Source: Macrostomum lignano (Eukaryota). From it: a DNA stretch of 27,128 nucleotides. Below the pieces are notes generated by a model. That model did no database searches, had not been told where the DNA came from, and saw only the letters and a list, made by a program, of their open reading frames with translations. The DNA lies in the NCBI GenBank assembly GCA_002269645.1, contig NIVC01004066.1:1-27128 (forward strand). The letters run 5' to 3'. This document shows positions 10,464 to 20,699 of the stretch, piece by piece (the stretch's first letter is position 1; every line of letters begins with the position of its first letter). The translations under genes were made by a program, and so were the position numbers.

Positions 10464-11071
10464 GAAAGCCAGTCAATTTTGGGCAGCTACCAGGTGCCTG
10501 CTGCCTTTGAGTCCAAGTCTATCGAATGCGGGGAGCAAGGGCGACGACCGTCTTGAGAGCCTGAGGGGCCGGGAGCTCCAGAGCCTGGGGGAGTCGAGAT
10601 GAAGCAGCGGTGGGGGAGGCCAATAGCTCATTTTGTCAGGGCCGGCCGGCCATTGGAGGCTGGGGGGGAGGCGACTGCAGCTCTTCGCCTACCGTCTCTT
10701 CCCCGTGCATTTATCGTACAACTCCTTCTTCTCCCTAGGGACTCCGCTCCCCTCCTACCAATGCCCTCCCAGCGTTCTCCTCCTCCCCCACAGCCCGCCC
10801 AGACAGCTGAGCACGAAGTCAGTAGAGCCATGCCAGCTAACACCCCAGCCGTGGACTGAATGAGGGGGTAACATGTACTGTATAATCTGCTTTGAGAAGG
10901 GCCTAGTCTAGTTACACAAGATAGATAGCTTTCCAATTCACTAAAATCATTCGCTACAATACTGCACTGCTTTAACTGGCTAGAGAGCAGAGGTTGGCAA
11001 AAATGCTTTACCTCAGGGGCAAAACAGAGAATCCAGCTCATGATGAGAGTGGACAGAAGAGGGAATAGAAT

Positions 11072-12680
11072 ATGAGAGATGAGAGAAGAGATAAGAGGAG
11101 AGAAGACAGGAGAGAGGAGAGAGGGAAGAGAAGAGAGAGAGGAGAAAGAAGAGGGGAGAGGGGTGAGAGGGAATAGAGGGGGGAGAGGAGAAATAAGAGG
11201 GGAGAGGGGAGAGAGGGTGAGAGGGGAGAGAGGGTGAGAGGGGAGAGAGGGTGAGAGGGGAGAGAGGGTGAGAGGGGAGAGAGGGTGAGAGGGGAGAGAG
11301 GGTGAGAGGGGAGAGAGGGTGAGAGGGGAGAGAGGGTGAGAGGGGAGAGAGGGTGAGAGGGGAGAGAGGGTGAGAGGGGAGAGAGGGTGAGAGGGAGAGA
11401 GGGTGAGAGGGGAGAGAGGGTGAGAGGGAGAGAGGGTGAGAGGGGAGAGAGGGTGAGAGGGGAGAGAGGGTGAGAGGGGAGAGAGGGTGAGAGGGAGAGA
11501 GGGTGAGAGGGAGAGAGGGTGAGAGGGGAGAGAGGGTGAGAGGGGAGAGAGGGTGAGAGGGGAGAGAGGGTGAGAGGGGAGAGAGGGTGAGAGGGGAGAG
11601 AGGGTGAGAGGGGAGAGAGGGTGAGAGGGGAGAGAGGGTGAGAGGGGAGAGAGGGTGAGAGGGGAGAGAGGGTGAGAGGGGAGAGAGGGTGAGAGGGGAG
11701 AGAGGGTGAGAGGGGAGAGAGGGTGAGAGGGGAGAGAGGGTGAGAGGGGAGAGGGGAGAGAGTGAGAGGGGAGAGAGGGTGAGAGGGGAGAGAGGGTGAG
11801 AGGGGAGAGAGGGTGAGAGGGAGAGAGGGTGAGAGGGGAGAGAGGGTGAGAGGGGAGAGAGGGTGAGAGGGGAGAGAGGGTGAGAGGGAGAGAGGGTGAG
11901 AGGGGAGAGAGGGTGAGAGGGGAGAGAGGGTGAGAGGGGAGAGAGGGTGAGAGGGGAGAGAGGGTGAGAGGGGAGAGAGGGTGAGAGGGAGAGAGGGTGA
12001 GAGGGAGAGAGGGTGAGAGGGGAGAGAGGGTGAGAGGGGAGAGAGGGTGAGAGGGAGAGAGGGTGAGAGGGGAGAGAGGGTGAGAGGGAGAGAGGGTGAG
12101 AGGGGAGAGAGGGTGAGAGGGGAGAGAGGGTGAGAGGGGAGAGAGGGTGAGAGGGGAGAGAGGGTGAGAGGGGAGAGAGGGTGAGAGGGGAGAGGGTGAG
12201 AGGGGAGAGAGGGTGAGAGGGGAGAGAGGGTGAGAGGGGAGAGAGGGTGAGAGGGGAGAGAGGGTGAGAGGGGAGAGAGGGTGAGAGGGGAGAGAGGGTG
12301 AGAGGGGAGAGAGGGTGAGAGGGGAGAGAGGGTGAGAGGGGAGAGAGGGTGAGAGGGGAGAGAGGGTGAGAGGGGAGAGAGGGTGAGAGGGGAGAGAGGG
12401 TGAGAGGGGAGAGAGGGTGAGAGGGGAGAGGGGTGAGAGGGGAGAGAGGGTGAGAGGGGAGAGAGGGTGAGAGGGGAGAGAGGGTGAGAGGGGAGAGAGG
12501 GTGAGAGGGGAGAGAGGGTGAGAGGGGAGAGAGGGTGAGAGGGGAGAGAGGGTGAGAGGGGAGAGAGGGTGAGAGGGGAGAGAGGGTGAGAGGGGAGAGA
12601 GGGTGAGAGGGGAGAGAGGGTGAGAGGGGAGAGAGGGTGAGAGGGGAAAGAGTGTGAGAGGGGAGAGAGGGTGAAAGAGG
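11072..12680. repeat. Polypurine 17-bp satellite (gagagggtgagagggga), roughly 85 units from ~11206, with a GA-rich leader
   Basis: About 1.5 kb of almost pure G/A with one T per unit; occasional 16-bp variants. Confidence 0.98.
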
Positions 12681-15315
12681 CTTCGCGGGCCAGATATTTT
12701 GATTAGACCTGTGAATGCAGTATTTGTCTGTTTTTTACAGTGTAAACAGAGTGGACATTTTTGAATTGTAAATGTTCATAAATAAGTTTCATATATAAAA
12801 TATCATGGACAGCTGAAGCCGAAGGACGGTACTCGCCATGAGGTCGATTGTCTCTGCGAAATGCATAGGCGAGATGGGGAAGTTTTCAGCATTTTAAACT
12901 TCCCAAAGAGGTTCCACAAAACTTCTGTTGTTCGTAAATTTCTTTCATAACGAATTTTTCACACTTGCAAAACAAGCAGGAGCAAAGCATACAATATTTA
13001 CTCATTGTGAAGTCCAGAAAGTGATATTTTGGGAACTCAGTTAAGAAATACACTCGTATCCCATCTCGTTGATGCCATTTCCAGCGTCTATCTACTTTAG
13101 CTGTCCATGAATACTAAATAGAAGTCAGATTGGAAACGTTATTAACCAGGCGAGTAATTCATTTTTCGACCGGATATACAATCCAATGGCCATGGCTTGT
13201 GTAGGTCAATTACAGGATGCGCACTGCCAGTTGATGAGAGCATTAAGGCCTGAGACGTGCCTGCCCTTACGGCGGGTAGCATAGAGTAATTCCACTCTAC
13301 GATGAGGGAGCGCCCAGCCTGCATACCAAATCGCATGAGCGGTCATGCGTCAGATTCCTTGCCCTCTAGCAGTGAGCTCTTTTTCTAAAATCCTATTTTC
13401 CCTCAGCTTTTGCACTCTGCTGCCCGAGAAAATGTAATAAGCAGGCAGGCGGGCACGGCTCCGGCAGGCAGTGATGCAGCCTCGAGGCGGAGAGGCCGGC
13501 GGGAATGATGATGCCCTGGGAAGTCAGCCCATACTCGACCTGAATTGATGCAGAGATGAGAAAGAAAGCAGAGAAAGAAGTACTTTTCTTTGTTGTCTCT
13601 GCCTGACTGCGCCTGTGATTTGTTGCCAACAAAAATTCTTAGCCTGAGAATTGAATGCATTTTGTCCCAGGTGGCTTGTCACAATAGTCGCTATACACTG
13701 CAGCCTGTCACTTCGAATTCAGAGCGGCAAAGGGGCATGCGCAAACACATTATTTTTAATTATTATTATTATTATTTCATTATTATTGTGTATTATTTTT
13801 CCCGAATTTTCTACTAATCGGCATTCTGCAGGCGTCACTGCTTGTTGCATGAGGTCGGTTTTTCACAGTAAAGCAACGAAGACAAGGTTTCGGGTATTTA
13901 TAGACCTAGGGCCATGCATTGCGCAAGTAAGAAGCCCAACAACAGTAGACTGAAGTATGCGGATTCTCCTGATACTCAAAGCTTCAATGGATCCGAATTA
14001 AATTGCCTGACGATTAGAAAGTCACAAGGGCTGCTGTACACCCTGTGTGAGCGTGTGTATGAGTGCTGTGCCTGCGCGCTTGTATGCGATCAGGAGTCAG
14101 CGGATTGGGCAGAATTGCCTCAATGCTGGTTGTGCGCCAGGGTGCTCCCAGCCGCTTCTATGAATATTTATTTATATTAATAATCGTTATCCAATATTGG
14201 TTCATTTAACCTCAGTTGCCAGCACAGAATACCACAGAATGCTCATTCAGCCACCCTGAAGAAAAAATCTCAATGCGAAATTATTTTCGCTTTGTGCTAC
14301 TCTTCGTGTGAAGCTTTTCATTTATGAACCTTTTATTGTTCTTTAAGTTAAATTGTTTACAGTTTTTTGCTAATACGGTATGGAATTCAATACTGGTTGA
14401 GTGATTGTTATTCACCATAAGATCTTGCCAACTAAGTTTTATAACAATCGCATAATTTCAATTCCATCGACTGCTCTAGGAGCTCGCACAAGCAGTAAAC
14501 TGCTACTTTAATGTTATCAATTAGTTACAACTACTTATAAATCTTCACAGGAAGAGTAGCATCTATGGTGTTTTAATTCGAGACGCATTCTACTAATCGA
14601 TTGAGCATTCTGTGGTATTCTGTGATTGCCAGTGCTTCTTCTGCCTTCTGCATCTCACTCTGAGTGATCAAAACGTTTAACCATATATAGGTTTGCCATT
14701 TACCATTAGTGCTGAAAGTTAAGCAGATTTAGCCGCGGTTAGAACATAGCTGAATAGACATGACAGTTCCCCTTTCCGTCAAACTGTCAAAAGCAAGCCG
14801 CTCTATGCTTACCACAGAAGAGACCGGATGCCAGAAAACGGATTAAAATTGTAATCCTGTAAATAAAGTCTACAGTTTTTAGAAAATATACAGTATATAA
14901 ACTGAAATCAACCATTTGAAAATCTTCCAATTCCTTGATCCTTAATCCGCCACGCCTCTTATATGTCTCGTATTCTTCAAGCTAAATACGGCTACTAAAC
15001 TCCTATTGCCGCACTCCATGCCTATGCATTAGTAATAATGTGGCAGTAAAAAAATATTCTTCCTATGCGAAGCGTCTCTCAAGCCCACTCCTCCGCTTCA
15101 AGCATGCTTGAAGGGATTGAAAAAGGGAAGGAAAAAGAAAATTTTAAAAGCCAACCAAACTGCACAGTCCGCACTTTTCTCGACGAGAAGGATAGGGGGG
15201 GGGTCAAAGCTTGAAACTGTAACTCCATCTGCAGCCAATTTCACAGCAGCAGCTGTCGCAAATGCATATAACTTCACTGCAAGCCTCAAAAGCAAGCGAA
15301 CCGGCCAGTTCCGTA

Positions 15316-15945
15316 ATGGACGAAGAAGCGCATCAGCTGGAACCGGTCGAGCCGGCTGGAAGTGGCAGCCAGCGGCAGCAGAAACTGCCGCAGCATCACT
15401 ACCGCCCGCCGCCCATCAAGCAGCTGGCGCGGCAGTCGCGCTTCAGCGAACGCGAGCTCCGGCTGCTGTACCGCGGCTTCAAGCAGCACTGCCCCAGCGG
15501 CCTGGCAACCGAGGAGCACATCTGCAGCATCTTCGGCTTGCTGTTTCCGTTTGGCAATCCGGCACCATTCGCTCGCATCGTCTTCAACTGGCTGGACGTT
15601 GACCGTCGAGGCGAGCTGCCGTTTCACCGCTACGTGGCCTGGCTGTCTCAGCTGGCCCGCGGAGGCCTGCAGGAGCGGCTCGGCTGGATCTTCCGCCTCT
15701 ACGACGTCGGGCAGGACGGCGACCTCACTAGCGAGGAGGTTCGCCAGTTCCTGCTGTCAGTCTACGAACTGCAAGGCGTTGGTTGCTCAAGGCGCGCAAA
15801 AGCGCCTCAGGAGCACGCGGCCGAGGTTTTCCGGCGGATGGACGCTGGCGGCAAAGGTCGAGTGGATTTTGAAGACTTTCAACGCTATTGTACAGAGTCG
15901 GATGCCATCGTGGAAGGTCTGGAGGTGTTTGATACCTGCCTGTGA
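15316..15945 (+). CDS. KCNIP: KChIP-like (Kv channel-interacting) neuronal calcium sensor, intronless, 209 aa
   Basis: HYRPPPIKQLARQSRFSERELRLLYRGFKQHCPSG matches the KChIP RHRPEGLEQL…[20 protein letters not shown] segment. Also present: LGWIFRLYDVGQDGDL, EVFRRMD and four EF-hand positions. There is no N-terminal MG myristoylation motif. The second ATG (15316) is preferred; AATAAA lies near 16116. Confidence 0.9.
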   Translation: MDEEAHQLEPVEPAGSGSQRQQKLPQHHYRPPPIKQLARQSRFSERELRLLYRGFKQHCPSGLATEEHICSIFGLLFPFGNPAPFARIVFNWLDVDRRGELPFHRYVAWLSQLARGGLQERLGWIFRLYDVGQDGDLTSEEVRQFLLSVYELQGVGCSRRAKAPQEHAAEVFRRMDAGGKGRVDFEDFQRYCTESDAIVEGLEVFDTCL

Positions 15946-16812
15946 CACGGTGCTGCAGGTAAAATAGGAAGCTCAACAATGGACAAACGGGCTTTAATCT
16001 TTAAAAGGAAAAACATTCTTTCATTTCTACTCGTTAGTAACCGATTGCTTCAACGATAAAATTTCCCTTCGTTTCTATTGTACGATTTTTACATTAAGGA
16101 ACTTTAGAAATCGGAAATAAACACTGATTAAGCGCAATAAGGTCAAATCGTATTCGACAAATTTATAGAATATTTCCAAATTTCAACCTGCAAGAATTTC
16201 CAAAAACCATATAAGCTGTTGCTTGCTTAGATCATTGTCTGCTATTTCCTTAGAAGGCTTGTCTCTTCTCAGCTCTCCTCTCTCCCCTCTTCTCTTTCCT
16301 CTCTTCTGCATCTTCTATTCCCTCTCCTTTCCACTCTCATCTGGCCCGCAGCCACGCGCTGGATACTACATGCGCTGAGGTAAAAAACTTGGTCTAGAAA
16401 ATGAAGCTCATCTCCTGTTTAAGAGTATTTTTAGAACTTTAATAGTGCTCTTTGTGATAAATTTGAACAGAAAATCGCGGATAAAGTTTAGCTTTGAATT
16501 TTAAAAACCTTACTGCAGAAGATAAAATATTTTACCAACTGACTCACAAGAAGACAGAGACATATTGAAAATTCTGTTCAAAATTCATCAAAAGCAAGCC
16601 AGAATGCAAATTTTATATTGAATTCATAAATAAATCGGATACTCTGTCTGCTCACGAGACCTCCACTCGCGTTATGGCGAAAAAATTTATTCATTTATTT
16701 TTTCTTTCGTTGCATTGGTTTGAAATTAATCAATAATAATAACAATAATAAAAGCACAAGCGACATCAGAAAGCATGTTCAATAACAGTGAAGTACCGCA
16801 TTGGTGTGGCTG

Positions 16813-17286
16813 TCACACTGCACTTTTAGCCTCCAGCCGCAGGCCGACAGTCAGCCAGCCGGTCGGGCTGACATAAACGCAGTCATCGCCGCTGAGGCGT
16901 TGGCTGTCCATCAGCACAACGCCCTGACTGAGCACCGACAGGTCCTCCGGGGTGGCGGGTTGCGGCGCCAGCTGCAGCCGGGTCAGCGGCTCCCGGGCCA
17001 GCACCAGGTCGGGGACGTCGGCTCGCTGACCGAAGACGGTCCAGGTGGCGAACAGGCGGCATTTCTGCGGAGCCGAGCAGCCGGGCCTCCGGTGCAGGTA
17101 GGCGACAAGAACGGAGTCGTCTGCAGAGTCTGCAAGGCGCGGCCTGTCGGAGCACCGCTGGCGAAGCCGTCGGATTCGAATGGACAGCGACAGGTCGGCC
17201 AGCTGGAACACCTCCGAGTGCAGGTCGAGCGGCTGATCGGGCAACAGCAGCTGGTGCAGTGGCAGGTGCAGCTGGACCTCCGACAT
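16813..17286 (-). CDS. Single-exon 157-aa protein with a divergent MATH (TRAF-C-like) domain
   Basis: GC-rich ORF starting gccATG at 17286, with AATAAA signals about 120 nt past the stop. The motif order LHSEVFQL…SIRI / SVLVAYLH / CRLFATWTVFGQ / SQGVVLM…YVSPTGWLTVGLRL parallels the MATH strand pattern. The coding call is firmer than the domain call. Confidence 0.6.
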   Translation of the reverse strand: MSEVQLHLPLHQLLLPDQPLDLHSEVFQLADLSLSIRIRRLRQRCSDRPRLADSADDSVLVAYLHRRPGCSAPQKCRLFATWTVFGQRADVPDLVLAREPLTRLQLAPQPATPEDLSVLSQGVVLMDSQRLSGDDCVYVSPTGWLTVGLRLEAKSAV

Positions 17287-18495
17287 GGCAGCAGCGACTT
17301 GTGACGTCAGCAAGCTGCAGTTGGAACAACAGTTTGAAAAATGACAGTCGGGACGAACCATGCTTTGAATTTTCAAGTGAATTTCAGCGAGTTGCAAGCT
17401 TGTACACGACATGTATATAATACAGTGCACCAATCTGTTAATAATCTTTTTTGCGCAGCCTTTCAAGTAGCCTTGGCCCACACGGCAAGGCAGCGGCGAT
17501 CCTGTGGGAATTCCACGGAATTAGACGCGTCTATTTTTACTTGTACATGCAGCTAAAGACGGAGAGCCAAAAGTACTTCTTAGCTAAATGGCATGACATC
17601 AACAGGATAGGAGGTTGGATGAGAATCTCGTATTCGAAATGTACCATCCAACCGTACATTGCCATAACGGATGTTAGTGTCAGAAAATAATAGATACAGT
17701 GCCAGGAATTCACTGGGCCGGCCGCGTTTGAGCACAAATAGCTTGGATAGTCCATGGAAATACGCTGGACAATACGTGGAAATTCCGTGGGAAAAACTGC
17801 TGACTGTTTCGGCCGAGCAGAATATCGTATTTAACCAGTAAATAAATTGCAACATACGCAAGCACTCGAAATGCCGAGGGTGTCAGTCACTTAAAAAGAC
17901 GAAGTACGTGCGTGCTTTGGATTTCTTGCTGTAACTACACAGGCTACGACCTTCTGATTATCAGGGCATGTACATGTGCACTTTCTGTGTATTGGGCCGG
18001 GGTTGAATTACATGTAGTAAGTTGTAAGCCGAAGTTTTGGCTTTGACTCCCCTGCAAGTTTCTAAATACCAAAACAGCTTATTAACATCCAGTGAACTTA
18101 CAAAGAAAACAAAAAGTGATTACTCTGCAAATTTACGCTTGTAGTTGGGGGGGGGGGAGTAGAGCAGCTTAGTGGTAAACGCTTCGTGCGAGATCACACC
18201 CATAGGGCCCAGTGGACAATACATTAGGGTGGCTCATGTGAATACAAACCTACAGCTGTAAATCGAAAGTCACCCTCTCCTTTCAAACTGTCAATTGGAA
18301 TTAACAATAAAACAAGCGTAGACAATTATGAAGATACTATTTAAACAGAATTTTCAACAGGGACTAAAAAAACATACTGAAATTTTTGTTAAATTTCTCT
18401 TTTACTGCTACTATAAGTAGAGCAAGATCGCAGTTAATGTAACGCGTTGAACCAGTATACTGTACCTGTGTTTACAGGGACGTGTATTCGGCACT

Positions 18496-19340
18496 TCATC
18501 AGAAGTTCTGCAGGGCGCCACGCTGGCGCCGTTTCTCTTCGTGCTGCTGCTGGACTGGGTGCTTTGGACCGCACTCCCCTCGGATGACGACGGCTTCCTG
18601 CTGCGCCGACGTATCGGTCGCCGCCACGGCGAAAAGCGCCTGAGCGCGCTTGGCTACGCCGACGACCTCGCCCTCCTGTCCTCGTCCGTTGAAGGCTCCC
18701 AGCGCCAGATCAACAGGCTGGTCGGTCGAGGTGGCATCGAGCGTCAGTCTGGTTGTCAACACGCGCTGAAGATCGAGGTGCTGACTGTGCCGGCCGACAT
18801 CACAGTGCCTCACGTGAAGGAAGAACCTCCGGCGGCGCAGAGGACTTGCCTGGGCGGCCTTCCGTTCGATCCGGGCCGTCCTCAAGTCCGAAGTGCTGCC
18901 CGAACGCCAGAGGGCTCGGCTGTGGCAGGCGATGGTCGAAACCGTCCTGCTCTACAACGCCGAGACGCGGACGCTGACGGCTACGCTAGAGCGGCAGCTG
19001 GACTCGGCGCACTCAGGGCTGCTCCGTGCGGCCTTTTGAGCTGAAGAAAGCGTCGGGACCGAGGCCCTGTACGATCGGGCCAAGCTGCAGCGCCCGTCCA
19101 TCATCCTGCGCCGGCGGCGACTTTAACTGGAGGGCCACGCGATCCGGGCCGAGGGCTACTGCCCCCAACCTGTTCAGGACGTCCTGCTGCTCACCTTGAA
19201 GGCCGCGTTCTCAGGCGGGGTCAGACCCAAACCTGTCGATACGTGGACTGCCTCCTACAGGACGCCGGGGCGCCCGACACTGCCAACGGGGTGGACTTCG
19301 TCCGCTCTCAGGCTCTGCGGCGCGCGCGCCATCTGACGAA
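18496..19340 (+). mobile_element. 5'-truncated, frameshifted non-LTR retrotransposon (RTE/RTE-X-like) RT and C-terminal fragment
   Basis: VLQGATLAPFLFVLLLDWVL and GYADDLALL (YADD at 18655) are RT motifs. Downstream, in other frames, are AMVETVLLYNAETWTLT…LERQLD and ILRRRRL-x-LEGH, typical of RTE-clade ORF ends. Confidence 0.9.
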
Positions 19341-19561
19341 CCCTGCTCTAACTGTCACCTTGCATGTGGGGCTGCGTATTTTGTTGTTTTTGTCGCAACT
19401 GTCGATTTTTATAATAGGAAGCTCACCGGACAATACAATTTAAACTGTCCAAACGCATTAGAACTTGAAAATTTAGTTTATTTTTGCTGTTCATCTTCAA
19501 TGAAATGGCAGGAGTAAGTTTTATTATAATAGATTAAAAGCACACGACAATTAATTAATGG

Positions 19562-19859
19562 CAGGGACGTCGCCATGAATTTTATGGTGCGGGAAAAGCC
19601 CAGAATTCTACATGTACATGTATATGACTAAATTACAACATGTACATTATTTCCGAATCAGTGTTGTCATCGATCATTTTTGCGCCGCAGACACTCATTT
19701 TAGTGCCGCAGGCGCAATGTTTTGTCGCCCTGAAGCAAAATTGATTTCCATAACAGGTCAACAAGGTGGGGTGGGGGGGACAAAGCATTGGCATGTTCCC
19801 CATAGCTTTTCCCTAGAAGCCATAGTCCCCCTAGACTGTCCCCGGTGGCGACGCCCATG
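19562..19859. mobile_element. 298-bp MITE, probably hAT-type
   Basis: Imperfect TIRs (cagggacgtcgcca … tggcgacgcccatg) and flanking 8-mers attaatgg / gtaaatgg (6/8 identical) consistent with an eroded 8-bp TSD. Confidence 0.6.
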
Positions 19860-20664
19860 GTAAATGGACTATATAGATGATGACACTTACGGGTCGAAGA
19901 ACTATACATTTTGTATAATTTACGACAAGCGCTATTGAAATACACACGCGAGACCAGAGTCAAATTTACTTCATAACCAGCTGAAGTTTAAGCAAATATT
20001 TCGATCCAAGTGCTGGAACGGAGACATTTCGAACTTGTTTGACGAACTGATTAACAAGACAAAAAAGATCCGAACAAAAATAATTTTAGTATTTAGTTCA
20101 TTTTTTAGAATTAACTCCAGTGTCTAATTATTTCAATTAGAACTTCATCATTTACACGTTAGAATTTTTAAAAAGCAATACGAATTTTGCCATCTAAAAT
20201 GACATCTGTTTTACAATTACAGGTTATAATTGAACATGTACAGTTAATTAATGAGAATATAGCTTAGATCTTTTGCCCTAATACATCATGCGCATTGTCA
20301 AGTCTTGTGATATAAGATAAAAAACAACACTCATCTATATGATGGGTTTCGACCTTTCGGCCCCCTTTTGGGGAAGCCTTCGGGCCTCAGGTCTCAGAAA
20401 TAAATCAATTAGAGTCCTGGCCCCCCACTCCTGTCAGATGGTCAGCCCCATTGTAGCTTGATCGTGTGGCGAGAAGTCTAGGTCCTATAGCTAAGAGAGG
20501 GACAGCGAGAGACGAGCAGGGAGAATTTTGAAGGTAGAAATTAGTTAATCCGCAGATTAACTAACCCGCTGCCACCAGCCCGTACGTCCTGGCTCACCAC
20601 ACCGCGGGACTCTCGAAATCGGGTTTCCGACAGAAGGGGCTTTGCACTTACCTGCCAACTAGTG

Positions 20665-20699
20665 TCTTTTTGCTGTCAATCTCGAAGTCATAGCCGATG
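20665..20699 (+). CDS. RPS19: Candidate RPS19 first exon (TCT/5'TOP-like leader plus ATG only)
   Basis: tctttttgc pyrimidine start, 30-35 nt leader, then ATG|gtaagg (phase 0) compatible with the phase-0 acceptor at 26553. It is distant (5.85-kb intron) and unproven. Confidence 0.35.

Noticed and set aside
15098-15979. Alternative-frame and antisense ORFs around KChIP, and the upstream ATG at 15262
   Set aside because: Shadows of high GC3. The 18 extra N-terminal codons lie in AT-richer sequence, and homology begins downstream of the ATG at 15316.
16801-17329. ORFs 16801..17304 (+) and 16883..17329 (-)
   Set aside because: Shadow frames of the MATH-like ORF with no recognisable motifs.
18160-18230. 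tRNA/SINE-like A-box (gcagcttagtggtaaacgc)
   Set aside because: No B-box and no cloverleaf follows.
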